From the NCBI GenBank assembly GCA_040220235.1, contig JAVJTO010000002.1: DNA of 33,472 bases; one strand, written 5' to 3'. The stretch comes from Coleofasciculus sp. B1-GNL1-01 (lineage in GTDB: Bacteria > Cyanobacteriota > Cyanobacteriia > Cyanobacteriales > Coleofasciculaceae). Below are positions 20,130 through 30,003 of the stretch, one piece after another; within the stretch, counting starts at the first letter, position 1, and the number at the start of each line of letters is the position of its first letter. Below the pieces are notes generated by a model. That model searched no databases and was not told the DNA's origin. It was given only the letters and a program-made list of their open reading frames with translations. The translations under genes were made by a program, and so were the position numbers.

Positions 20130-20865
20130 TTAATTTTCAGCCTCTCGCCGCCAAAACTTAACCTGTAAACCATCGCGGGGATGGGGTGTCGGTACTGCAA
20201 CCATGTCCAGATTCTGTTCCGGAAGTAGTTCCCACTGATAATCGCGCACTAACAATGCGGTAAATAATTTCATCTCCAATTTGGCAAACTCTCGCCCTAA
20301 ACATTCGCGCACCCCACCGCCAAAGGGAACATAACTAAAGGGTTTGGATTTATCCTCCGCCCGTTGAGGGTTAAGCGGAATCTTCACCAACCAACAATTT
20401 GCAGGCGATGTCAAAGGTCAATTCTCTCAATTCTGGATACCATGTAAATGTACCCAGATCCTCCCATTTATGTAGATAACCCTGGGCAATCTCTGTCATC
20501 GCGGTCAAATATCCTGCTAATGCCCTAGGTTGAAAGGCTTGGGAGAGTATTTTGCGTCGTTGCAGATGGTCTGAACCGCCCTGTACCGCTAGAGACGTGG
20601 GTCCCAGGAGTATTTTGGTGCTGGGGGGCCAGGTGCTGGTAAAGTACTGGTTCTCATGGGTGAGGACAAAGCGATTCGCCTCGGAACCACTAATCATCAC
20701 CGTGGGACGCCCAAATAACTTGGTCTTGAATATCGACCCATATTTTTGATGACGCTTCTGGGCAAAGTCGGGATCACGGAAAAACTGGATGGTTTCCCCA
20801 ATCAACGGTAAACCGAAATCACCGGGAGGTAAGGGTCGGGATTTTAGTTCGTCTGTGGTCGTCAT
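20130..20865 (-). pseudogene. Cytochrome P450 (CYP120-like) with a large internal deletion and frameshift
   Basis: N-part LPPGDFGLPLIGET..KYGSIFKT; C-part heme motif PFGGGVRECLG. I-helix and ExxR regions are absent; about 245 aa remain of a typical ~440; junction near 20373. Confidence 0.85.
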
Positions 20866-21650
20866 CGCCTATCAATATTAAAAGAATAATTTCATTGTGT
20901 TAAGTTTATTTTAAGTTTGCAACGTTTACGTCTGGAGATAGAGGAACCCTCTCGTCTCAGTGGTAATTCTCCCCCTATCGACAAACCGATACGGCAAGTG
21001 CTATTAAGGACATGCAGCCGCCTTGTCGGATACTTGGTTCATGGTTAACAGTTTTGGCAGGTTGAAAAAAGCTAGTCTGGCGTTTGAACAACTCAAGGGT
21101 TGTTTATTAAGAAAGTCTAAAAATTAGGAGGCTTAAGTCTAACGCAATCTTAAAAAATTCATGGATTTATTGGTTTACAAATCTCCCATTCGAGATAGTA
21201 TAGTAGGTGTGACGGGAGGAAAATTATTTCTTAGATTTCTAGGACTACCCTAGTCATGAATCCTTGATCTATACTGCATTTGGAGGAACGGTCTGCTTGT
21301 TGATCATCTGGTTAATCATCCTAGGGAATTAGGAGGAGCAGATGTGAGTATTCCCATTAGGAGATTTTTCGCTTTCCCCGCCCACTTTATACTGGGAGTC
21401 GATACTATTGCCAGCGATGAAACGGTAATCAGAACAGACGATAGGTTAGGAAAAAGGACAGTAAAGTATGCCTTGGACTTCGCTTAAGACCACAGATTAT
21501 AAACAACCGGAGATAGGACTTATCTCGGTGACGACTTAAGGAGAAACTCAGTCGCTTGAGCGGGGAAACCTGCCTGATTTCTACACGAGCGAGCAATAAC
21601 AAGAACAAGAACAAGCTCAATAGTGGGTGTGAGGAACCTAATCAATACGC

Positions 21651-24359
21651 ATGACGAGACTTACTGCAACTAACATGATCAAAGTCACAAACCATCAGGA
21701 ACTCGAAGAATTAATTAAACGGGTTAAAAACGCTCAAACCCAATACGCTGGTTACACGCAAGAGCAGGTCGATGCCATCTTTAAAAAAGCGGCACTCGCA
21801 GCTAATGCAGCCCGTATTCCTCTGGCAAAATTAGCCGTTAGTGAAACGGCAATGGGAGTGGTTGAGGACAAGGTGATTAAAAACCACTTTGCCTCGGAAA
21901 TGATCTACAACAAGTACAAACAGGACAAAACCTGTGGAGTTATCGAAGAGGACAAGTCTTTCGGCTTCCAGAAAATTGCTGAACCCGTTGGTGTTTTAGC
22001 CGGGATCGTCCCCACCACCAACCCCACCTCAACGGCGATTTTTAAGGCACTGATTGCCCTGAAAACGCGCAATGGGATTATTTTCTCCCCCCATCCCCGT
22101 GCCAAACAATGCACGCTGGAAGCAGCAAAAGTGGTGTTAGAGGCGGCGGTAGCGGCTGGCGCACCAGAACATATTATTGGCTGGATTGATGAACCCACAG
22201 TACCCCTGTCTCAAGCCTTAATGCAGCACCCCGATGTGAAGCTGATTCTGGCAACCGGGGGTCCGGGAATGGTGAAAGCCGCCTATTCTTCGGGACATCC
22301 GTCTCTCGGTGTGGGTGCAGGAAACACGCCAGCGGTGATTGACTCCAGCGCTCACATTAAAATGGCGGTGTCTTCGATTATTCTGAGTAAAACTTTTGAC
22401 AATGGCATGATCTGCGCCAGTGAGCAGTCGGTGATTGTCTTGGATAATGTTTACGAGGAAGTGCGCCAAGAATTTATCAATCGCGGCGCTTACTTCTTGA
22501 AACCAGAAGAACGGGAAAAACTGGGGAGTAAAATTATTGTCAATGGGCGCTTAAATGCCGAAATTGTCGGTCAACCTGTTGAAAAATTAGCCGAATTAGC
22601 CGAATTTTCCTTACCGGAACAAACCCGGGTGATTATTGGCGAAGTGGAAGGGATTGGCACTGATGAACCCTTTTCCTTCGAGAAACTCTCCCCCGTTCTG
22701 GCAATGTATCGGGCGAAAAACTTTGAGGATGCGGTAGACAAAGCTGGACAGTTAGTGGAGTTTGGCGGACGCGGACATACGGCGGTGCTGTACACCAATC
22801 CAGCCAATGCTGACCATATTAAACGGTTTGAAGACCAAGTTGAGGCGTCTCGCGTCTTGATTAACACCCCCTCCTCCCAAGGTGCGATCGGGGATATCTA
22901 TAACTTCCGCCTTGATCCGTCGTTGACGCTGGGTTGTGGTACCTGGGGAGGGAACTCCATTAGTGAAAACGTTGGTCCCGAACACCTGCTAAACGTGAAA
23001 ACGATCGCGGAACGGCGGGAAAATATGTTGTGGTTCCGGATACCGCCCAAGGTGTACTTTAAGTATGGGTCTCTGCCCGTAGCCCTGCGGGAGTTAGCTG
23101 GCAAGGAACGGGCATTTATCGTCACCGACAAACCCATTTACGATCTAGGGATGACGGCTAGCGTTGAAGATGTTTTGGCTGAAATTGGTCTCAAATACGA
23201 TATCTTCTATGACGTAGAGCCAGACCCCTCCTTAGAAACCGTACATCGGGGATTGACGTTGATGAACACCTTCAAGCCCGATGTGATTATCGCCTTGGGT
23301 GGGGGTTCGCCTATGGATGCTGCCAAAATTATGTGGCTGATGTATGAGCATCCAGAGATTGAATTTGAGGGGTTAGCGATGCGGTTCATGGATATCCGCA
23401 AACGGGTGTATGAACTGCCCCCCTTGGGTGAGAAAGCGATGATGGTAGCGATTCCCACGACATCGGGAACGGGTTCAGAAGTTACCCCCTTTGCCGTGGT
23501 AACCGATCGCCGCAATGATATTAAGTATCCCTTGGCAGACTATGCCTTGACGCCGAATATGGCGATCGTTGATCCCGAATTAATCCTGAATATGCCCAAG
23601 AGTCTCACCGCGTTTGGGGGACTTGACGCCTTGAGTCACGCCTTAGAAGGCTATGTCTCGGTATTAGCCAGTGAATATACCAATGGGTTGGCACTCGAAG
23701 CCACCCGGCTGATCTTTAAATACCTGCCTTCGGCATACAAAAATGGGGCAAATGATCCCAAGGCGCGGGAGAAAATGCACTATGCCGCCACAATGGCAGG
23801 AATGGCGTTTGCCAATAGTTTTCTGGGCATTTGTCACTCCATGGCACACCAATTAGGGGCTATTTTCCATGTCCCCCACGGGTTAGCGAATGCCATGTTA
23901 ATTTCCCACGTTATTCGCTATAACGCCACGGATGCGCCCTTTAAGCAGGCGACATTCTCCCAGTACAAATATCCCAATGCCAAATGGCGCTATTCTCGGA
24001 TTGCTGATTACCTGCACTTAGGCGGCGATACCGAAGAGGAGAAAGTGAATCGGCTAGTTGGGGCGATTGAGGAACTCAAGCGTCAGGTGGGTGTTCCGGC
24101 GGCGCTTAAGGATGTGATTAAGGAAACTGAAGCGGAATTCTTCGCCAAGCTGGATGAAGTGGCGGATCAGGCATTCGACGATCAGTGTACAGGCGCGAAC
24201 CCCCGCTATCCCTTGATTGAAGATCTCAAGGAAATCCTCACCAAAGCCTATTATGGCGACTTGGGCGAGGTTCCTGATGTCGAAACCATCAACGGCAATG
24301 GTGCGATCGGTGATACCAATATCAAATCCGATACCCAACCTGCCGTTCCGGCTATGTAA
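21651..24359 (+). CDS. adhE: Bifunctional acetaldehyde-CoA/alcohol dehydrogenase
   Basis: 902 aa; PTTNPTST, GVGAGN, FDNGMICASEQ, TLGCGTWGGNS, GGGSPMDAAK and Fe-ADH His motifs. Confidence 0.97.
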   Translation: MTRLTATNMIKVTNHQELEELIKRVKNAQTQYAGYTQEQVDAIFKKAALAANAARIPLAKLAVSETAMGVVEDKVIKNHFASEMIYNKYKQDKTCGVIEEDKSFGFQKIAEPVGVLAGIVPTTNPTSTAIFKALIALKTRNGIIFSPHPRAKQCTLEAAKVVLEAAVAAGAPEHIIGWIDEPTVPLSQALMQHPDVKLILATGGPGMVKAAYSSGHPSLGVGAGNTPAVIDSSAHIKMAVSSIILSKTFDNGMICASEQSVIVLDNVYEEVRQEFINRGAYFLKPEEREKLGSKIIVNGRLNAEIVGQPVEKLAELAEFSLPEQTRVIIGEVEGIGTDEPFSFEKLSPVLAMYRAKNFEDAVDKAGQLVEFGGRGHTAVLYTNPANADHIKRFEDQVEASRVLINTPSSQGAIGDIYNFRLDPSLTLGCGTWGGNSISENVGPEHLLNVKTIAERRENMLWFRIPPKVYFKYGSLPVALRELAGKERAFIVTDKPIYDLGMTASVEDVLAEIGLKYDIFYDVEPDPSLETVHRGLTLMNTFKPDVIIALGGGSPMDAAKIMWLMYEHPEIEFEGLAMRFMDIRKRVYELPPLGEKAMMVAIPTTSGTGSEVTPFAVVTDRRNDIKYPLADYALTPNMAIVDPELILNMPKSLTAFGGLDALSHALEGYVSVLASEYTNGLALEATRLIFKYLPSAYKNGANDPKAREKMHYAATMAGMAFANSFLGICHSMAHQLGAIFHVPHGLANAMLISHVIRYNATDAPFKQATFSQYKYPNAKWRYSRIADYLHLGGDTEEEKVNRLVGAIEELKRQVGVPAALKDVIKETEAEFFAKLDEVADQAFDDQCTGANPRYPLIEDLKEILTKAYYGDLGEVPDVETINGNGAIGDTNIKSDTQPAVPAM

Positions 24360-24369
24360 TCCTTTGCTG

Positions 24370-24446
24370 GGGTAGGTTGGTTATTTGTCATTCGTCTTAT
24401 GTCATTTGTTTAGTCCAATGAACGATAACTCGAAATCAACCTACCC
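24370..24446. repeat. Intergenic inverted repeat between adhE and hoxE
   Basis: GGGTAGGTTGGTT ... AATCAACCTACCC; no U-tract follows. Confidence 0.55.
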
Positions 24447-24484
24447 TAGTCCAACCCATTAACAAGTAAAGAGGAGTGAACATT

Positions 24485-25015
24485 ATGTCATCAGCCAGCG
24501 CAGAAAAGGCTGTCCCAGAAAAATCTAAAGCAAAGAAAAAAGAACATCCCAGTGGTGACAAGCGCTTTAAGGTGTTAGATATCACCATGAAGCGAGCGCA
24601 GAATCGTCCAGATGCGTTAATTGAAGTGTTGCACAAGGCGCAGGAAGCCTTTGGTTACTTAGAAGAAGATGTCCTCATCTACGTTGCACGCGGACTCAAA
24701 CTTCCCCTCAGTCGTGTCTATGGTGTGGCAACGTTTTATCATTTATTTTCCCTTAAACCCAGTGGGGCGCATACTTGCGTCGTTTGCTTAGGAACAGCCT
24801 GTTATGTCAAAGGGGCGGGGGCGCTGCTGGATAAGCTAGCTGAAGAAGCCCATGTTCAGCAAGGCGAAACAACCGCCGATGGCAAGATGTCACTGGTCAC
24901 TGCCCGTTGTATTGGGGCTTGTGGTTTAGCACCCGCTGCCGTTTTTGATGGCAAAGTTTTGGGTAAACAGACGCCAGATTCAATTATGGACAATGTGAAA
25001 GAGTGGCTGGAATAG
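24485..25015 (+). CDS. hoxE: Bidirectional hydrogenase diaphorase subunit HoxE
   Basis: [30 protein letters not shown] and CIGACG; ATG chosen downstream of GAGGAG (ORF track starts at 24476). Confidence 0.95.
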   Translation: MSSASAEKAVPEKSKAKKKEHPSGDKRFKVLDITMKRAQNRPDALIEVLHKAQEAFGYLEEDVLIYVARGLKLPLSRVYGVATFYHLFSLKPSGAHTCVVCLGTACYVKGAGALLDKLAEEAHVQQGETTADGKMSLVTARCIGACGLAPAAVFDGKVLGKQTPDSIMDNVKEWLE

Positions 25016-25081
25016 TTTATATCTTATGTCATTTGATGACTAAGGGTAAGGACTCATAATTTATTATTAAGGACTAACCTT

Positions 25082-26710
25082 ATGGAACTAGCTGAACTTC
25101 TGGAAATTGCGGAAAAAGAACGGGCGAGTCGGAAACCGATTCGGGTTCATTGTTGTACAGCAGCGGGCTGTGCGTCCTCGAACTCTGAGCAAGTGAAAAA
25201 GAGTTTAGATGAGGCGCTAAAAGCGACGGATTTACACAATACCGTGGAAGTCTGTAGCGTGGGTTGCATGAAGTTTTGTGGTCGAGGTCCCTTGGTAGAA
25301 ATTGAGTCGAAGGGACTTCTTTATGAACAGGTGACACCTGAACAGGCTCCCGCAATTGTGGCGGCGATGAATGGGGGAAGTCAAGATGACTCGGATGGAT
25401 TGATTCCCCTCGATCCTCAGCATCCCTTTTTTACGTTACAACAGCCAATTGTGCTGGAAAACAGTGGCAAAATTAACCCGGAACGGATTGAGGAATATAT
25501 TGCCGTTGGTGGGTATCAAAACCTATATAAAGTTCTCCACGACATGACCCCCGAAGAGGTGGTGGATGAAATCACTCAAAGTGGATTACGGGGACGCGGC
25601 GGCGGTGGTTATCCCACGGGATTGAAGTGGGCAACTGTGGCGAAGATGCCTGGGGATCAGAAGTATGTGATCTGTAATGCTGATGAGGGAGATCCCGGTG
25701 CATTTATGGATCGATCGGTCTTAGAAAGTGACCCCCATCGGATTATTGAAGGGATGGCGATCGCCGGGTATGCGGTTGGTGCGAATCATGGCTATATTTA
25801 CGTCCGGGCGGAATATCCGTTGGCGATTAAACACCTACAAAAAGCGATTACCCAAGCCAAGAAATACGGGTTGATGGGATCTCAGATCTTTGATTCTCCC
25901 TTTGACTTTAAAATTGACATCCGCGTTGGTGCCGGTGCCTTTGTCTGCGGTGAAGAAACTGCCCTAATTGCTTCCGTTGAAGGGGGACGAGGAATGCCGC
26001 GTCCTCGCCCTCCCTATCCCGCCCAGTCGGGATTGTGGGGATGTCCGACGCTGATTAATAATGTGGAAACCTTTGCCAATATTTCCGCGATCATCCGTGA
26101 GGGGGCAGATTGGTATGCCAGTATCGGTACGGAAAAGAGCAAAGGAACGAAAGTATTTGCCCTGACAGGTAAAGTCCGCAACACGGGCTTAATTGAAGTG
26201 CCAATGGGAATTAGCCTGCGTCAAATTGTGGAAGAAATGGGCGGCGGTACGCCTTCTGGGGAAGTGAAAGCGGTGCAAACAGGAGGTCCTTCTGGGGGAT
26301 GTGTACCTGCCAATTTATTTGACACCCCAGTTGAATACGATTCCCTGATTAAATTAGGCACAATGATGGGGTCTGGTGGCATGATTGTCATGGACACGGA
26401 AACCAGCATGGTCGATGTGGCGCAATTCTACATGGAATTTTGTCGCGGTGAGTCCTGTGGTAAATGCATTCCTTGTCGCGCTGGTACCATGCAAATGTAT
26501 CAGATGTTGACCAAGATCCTCAATGGACAAGCGACAATGGCGGATCTGGAAAAATTAGAACAACTCTGTGGTATGGTCAAAGCCACCAGCTTATGTGGTT
26601 TAGGTCAAACTGCACCGAATCCGGTGATGAGTACGCTGCGTTATTTCCGGGATGAATATCTGACCTTGTTGCAAGATAGCCCGAATGGGAAGGTGGCGGT
26701 TAAGTCATAA
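25082..26710 (+). CDS. hoxF: Bidirectional hydrogenase diaphorase subunit HoxF
   Basis: [35 protein letters not shown] and [12 protein letters not shown]. Confidence 0.96.
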   Translation: MELAELLEIAEKERASRKPIRVHCCTAAGCASSNSEQVKKSLDEALKATDLHNTVEVCSVGCMKFCGRGPLVEIESKGLLYEQVTPEQAPAIVAAMNGGSQDDSDGLIPLDPQHPFFTLQQPIVLENSGKINPERIEEYIAVGGYQNLYKVLHDMTPEEVVDEITQSGLRGRGGGGYPTGLKWATVAKMPGDQKYVICNADEGDPGAFMDRSVLESDPHRIIEGMAIAGYAVGANHGYIYVRAEYPLAIKHLQKAITQAKKYGLMGSQIFDSPFDFKIDIRVGAGAFVCGEETALIASVEGGRGMPRPRPPYPAQSGLWGCPTLINNVETFANISAIIREGADWYASIGTEKSKGTKVFALTGKVRNTGLIEVPMGISLRQIVEEMGGGTPSGEVKAVQTGGPSGGCVPANLFDTPVEYDSLIKLGTMMGSGGMIVMDTETSMVDVAQFYMEFCRGESCGKCIPCRAGTMQMYQMLTKILNGQATMADLEKLEQLCGMVKATSLCGLGQTAPNPVMSTLRYFRDEYLTLLQDSPNGKVAVKS

Positions 26711-26737
26711 GCCTTTTCGGGAAGATCATGAAGGGTC

Positions 26738-26858
26738 AATTGTAGGCGCAATTGTAGGCGCAATTGTAGGGGCGGGTTTAGCCACTAAATTCAAATATTT
26801 ACCCATAAAGGAACAACAAAACCCGCCCAGACTCACCCATAAAGGAACAACAAAACCC
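26738..26858. repeat. Composite intergenic repeat: tandem 12-mers, GTAG REP and a duplicated 24-mer
   Basis: AATTGTAGGCGC x2 runs into GTAGGGGCGGGTTT...AAACCCGCCC; CCCATAAAGGAACAACAAAACCCG occurs twice. Confidence 0.75.
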
Positions 26859-26910
26859 GTAAGTTTGTTGGCGAATGACAAAAGACAAACGATAAAGGAC
26901 GAAATACGAT

Positions 26911-27627
26911 ATGTCAGTAAAAACATTGACGATTGATGGTATTGATGTCGCCGTTGAAGAAGGAACCACGATTCTCAAAGCGGCAGAAGAAGCAGGTGTC
27001 CATATTCCGACGTTATGTCACCTCGAAGGCGTTTCTGATGTTGGCGCTTGTCGATTGTGTTTAGTGGAAATTGCTGGGATTAATAAGCTGTTACCCGCTT
27101 GTGTTACTCAGGTAGCAGAAGGGATGAATATTTCCACTCACAGCGAACAATTGCAAGAGTATCGCCGTATGATTGTGGAGATGCTGTTTGCAGAAGGCAA
27201 TCATGTCTGTGCCGTTTGTGTGGCAAATGGTCATTGTGAACTGCAAGATGTGGCGATTGAAGTGGGAATGGATCACTCTCGTTTCCCCTACCGCTTCCCG
27301 AATCGGGAGATTGATGTCTCCCACGATCGCTTCGGCATTGATCACAACCGTTGCATTATGTGTACCCGTTGTGTGCGGGTTTGTGATGAAATTGAAGGTG
27401 CCCATGTTTGGGATGTCGCTAATCGCGGTGCTGCTTCTCGTGTGATTACAGGGTTGGATCAGCCTTGGTCTGAGGTAGAGGCTTGTACCTCTTGCGGAAA
27501 ATGTGTGGATGCTTGTCCCACGGGTTCGATTTTCCGGAAAGGGTCTACTGTTGCAGAAATGGAACGCGATAAAACTAAATTGGAGTTTCTGGTTACCGCA
27601 CGCGAAGAGAAACAATGGACGCGGTGA
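26911..27627 (+). CDS. hoxU: Bidirectional hydrogenase diaphorase subunit HoxU
   Basis: [34 protein letters not shown] and [12 protein letters not shown]. Confidence 0.96.
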   Translation: MSVKTLTIDGIDVAVEEGTTILKAAEEAGVHIPTLCHLEGVSDVGACRLCLVEIAGINKLLPACVTQVAEGMNISTHSEQLQEYRRMIVEMLFAEGNHVCAVCVANGHCELQDVAIEVGMDHSRFPYRFPNREIDVSHDRFGIDHNRCIMCTRCVRVCDEIEGAHVWDVANRGAASRVITGLDQPWSEVEACTSCGKCVDACPTGSIFRKGSTVAEMERDKTKLEFLVTAREEKQWTR

Positions 27628-27636
27628 TGGGAATCA

Positions 27637-27688
27637 GGGAGATGGGGGAGATAGGGGAGATGGGGAAGATGGGGGAGATAGGGGAGAC
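27637..27688 (+). repeat. Purine-rich 9-mer tandem repeat (GGGGAGATR)
   Basis: About 6 imperfect copies directly after hoxU. Confidence 0.8.
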
Positions 27689-27796
27689 ACAAATAAATTT
27701 TTGTCTAATCTCCCATTAGAAACGACCACTCTCCAATTCCCAATTCCCACCTTCATGCTCCAATCATCACATCATTAATTGAGGGAAACATCAATC

Positions 27797-28345
27797 ATGG
27801 CAAAGATAAAATTAGCAACAGTATGGTTGGCTGGTTGTTCCGGCTGTCACATGTCGTTTCTGGATCTGGATGAATGGCTGCTTGAACTGGCTAAACACGT
27901 CGATGTCGTGTATAGTCCAGTCGGTTCTGACCTGAAAGACTATCCCGAAAATGTTGATGTTTGTTTAGTCGAAGGAGCGGTCGCCAATGAAGAAAATTTA
28001 GAGTTAATTCGTAAGGTCAGAGAACGAACAAAGTTATTGATTTCCTTTGGGGATTGTGCTGTAACGGCGAATGTTCCTGCTATGCGAAATATGTTGGGAG
28101 GAACTGAACCTGTTCTCAAGCGTTGTTATTTGGAATTGGGGGATGCGAATAATCAGTTACCCAATTTTCCGGGAATTGTACCGGAATTATTAGATCGGGT
28201 ACGCCCTGTGCATGAAGTGGTTCAAGTTGATTTATTTATGCCGGGATGTCCCCCTTCAGCCGATCGCATTCAAGCTACCGTTGAACCGTTACTGCGGGGT
28301 GAACAACCTGTGATGGAAGGACGGGAAATGATTAAGTTTGGATAG
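27797..28345 (+). CDS. hoxY: NiFe hydrogenase small subunit HoxY
   Basis: WLAGCSGCHMS, VEGAV, GDCA and PGCPP; ATG at 27797. Confidence 0.96.
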   Translation: MAKIKLATVWLAGCSGCHMSFLDLDEWLLELAKHVDVVYSPVGSDLKDYPENVDVCLVEGAVANEENLELIRKVRERTKLLISFGDCAVTANVPAMRNMLGGTEPVLKRCYLELGDANNQLPNFPGIVPELLDRVRPVHEVVQVDLFMPGCPPSADRIQATVEPLLRGEQPVMEGREMIKFG

Positions 28346-28469
28346 TCATTGGTCATTGGTCATTGGTCATTGGTCATTGGTGATATAGATTTTAGGATTA
28401 AATTGGGCGCAAGCATTGCGCCCCTACAGCATAAAAAGGACAAAGGACAAAGGACAAAGGACAAAGGAC
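28345..28469. repeat. STRR heptamers (GTCATTG)x5 and (AAAGGAC)x5 flanking a REP hairpin (28405-28428)
   Basis: Read directly from the sequence. Confidence 0.9.
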
Positions 28470-28478
28470 AAAAAAGTT

Positions 28479-29903
28479 ATGGCTAAAACAGTTGTTATTG
28501 ATCCGGTTACTCGTATTGAAGGACACGCGAAAATTTCTATTTTTCTAGATGACGCCGGGGAAGTAGAAGACGCCCGATTTCATGTGGTGGAATTCCGGGG
28601 CTTTGAAAAGTTTTGTGAAGGACGCCCGATGTGGGAAATGGCGGGAATTACTGCCCGAATTTGTGGGATTTGTCCGGTGAGTCATTTACTGGCGTCGGCA
28701 AAAACGGGGGATAAAATTCAAGCGGTGAAGGTGCCGCCTGCGGGTGAGAAGTTGCGGCGGATGATGAATTTGGGACAAATTACCCAGTCTCACGCGCTGT
28801 CGTTTTTCCATCTGAGTAGTCCTGACTTTTTATTGGGTTGGGATAGTGATCCGGCGACTCGAAATGTGTTTGGTTTAATTGCGGCTGATCCGGATTTAGC
28901 CCGCAGTGGGATTCGCTTGCGCCAGTTTGGTCAAACGGTGATCGAACTGTTGGGGGCGAAGAAAATACACCCGTCTTGGGCGGTTCCTGGCGGCGTGCGA
29001 TCGCCTTTATCGGAAGAAGGGCGGGCTTGGATACGCGATCGCTTACCCGAATCCCGGGCGACTCTCGATACCGCCCTGGGGTTATTTAAGCAGTTATTGG
29101 ATAAGTTTTCTACCGAGGTAGAAACCTTTGGTCTGTTCCCCTCCCTGTTTATGGGGTTAGTCGGTAAAGATGGAGTCTGGGAACATTATGATGGTCATCT
29201 TCGCTTCAAAGACAGTGAAGGGCATAAGGTAGCTGATGGACTCAGTGAGGATGATTATCAGGAGTTTTTAGGGGAAGCGGTTGAACCCTGGTCTTATCTG
29301 AAATTCCCCTACTATAAACCTTTAGGATACCCGGATGGGATTTATCGGGTGGGTCCATTAGCCCGACTGAATATCTGCGATCGCATGGGGACAGAAGCGG
29401 CGGATCGGGAGTTACAAGAATTTCGCGATCGCGCAGGCGGTGTCGCCACGTCATCCTTCTTCTATCACTATGCCCGCTTAGTGGAAATTCTGGCAGCCCT
29501 AGAACGGATTGAACAATTAGTCAATGACCCGGATATTGCCTCCAAACGCACTCGTGCGGAAGCCGGAATTAACAGTTTAGAAGGCATTGGTGTCAGTGAA
29601 GCGCCCAGAGGTACATTGTTCCACCATTATAATGTGGATGAAAATGGCATTATCAAGAAAGTCAACATGATTATTGCCACGGGTCAAAATAACTTGGCGA
29701 TGAACAAAACCGTAGCACAAATTGCCAAACATTACATCCACGGGAATGAAATACCCGAAGGGTTATTAAACCGAGTCGAAGCCGGAATTCGTGCCTTTGA
29801 CCCCTGCTTAAGCTGTTCGACTCATGCGTTTGGTCAAATGCCCTTGCATATCCAGTTAGTGGGTTCATCTGGGGATGTTGTTGATGAAGTCTGGCGTAAT
29901 TAA
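28479..29903 (+). CDS. hoxH: NiFe hydrogenase large subunit HoxH
   Basis: [20 protein letters not shown] and DPCLSCSTH plus a C-terminal extension; ATG at 28479. Confidence 0.97.
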   Translation: MAKTVVIDPVTRIEGHAKISIFLDDAGEVEDARFHVVEFRGFEKFCEGRPMWEMAGITARICGICPVSHLLASAKTGDKIQAVKVPPAGEKLRRMMNLGQITQSHALSFFHLSSPDFLLGWDSDPATRNVFGLIAADPDLARSGIRLRQFGQTVIELLGAKKIHPSWAVPGGVRSPLSEEGRAWIRDRLPESRATLDTALGLFKQLLDKFSTEVETFGLFPSLFMGLVGKDGVWEHYDGHLRFKDSEGHKVADGLSEDDYQEFLGEAVEPWSYLKFPYYKPLGYPDGIYRVGPLARLNICDRMGTEAADRELQEFRDRAGGVATSSFFYHYARLVEILAALERIEQLVNDPDIASKRTRAEAGINSLEGIGVSEAPRGTLFHHYNVDENGIIKKVNMIIATGQNNLAMNKTVAQIAKHYIHGNEIPEGLLNRVEAGIRAFDPCLSCSTHAFGQMPLHIQLVGSSGDVVDEVWRN

Positions 29904-29913
29904 GCGCAGATTT

Positions 29914-29944
29914 AAAAATCTCCCGATTAAATCGGGAGATTTTT
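29914..29944 (+). terminator. Rho-independent terminator after hoxH, probably bidirectional
   Basis: AAAAATCTCCCGAT-TAA-ATCGGGAGATTTTT perfect 14-bp stem. Confidence 0.85.
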
Positions 29945-30003
29945 GGTTTAAGGGTTCAAGTTAACTGTCTACCACAATCAAAAAATCTAAGGAGGAAAAA
30001 GCT

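Noticed and set aside
21429..21620. 63-aa minus-strand ORF upstream of adhE
   Set aside because: TTG start, low complexity from AAGAAC repeats, and no recognisable motif.
26738..28469. CRISPR array in the hox intergenic repeats
   Set aside because: Repeats are 7-24-bp tandem units without unique spacers, and no cas genes are present.
28416..28478. N-terminal extension of HoxH ([13 protein letters not shown]) in the ORF track
   Set aside because: It is translated AAAGGAC STRR; HoxH homology begins at ATG 28479.
21905..29868. Many 60-170 aa antisense or alternate-frame ORFs over adhE and hox
   Set aside because: Shadow frames of well-conserved genes; 26685-26936, 26726-26926 and 27503-27778 are largely translations of intergenic repeats.
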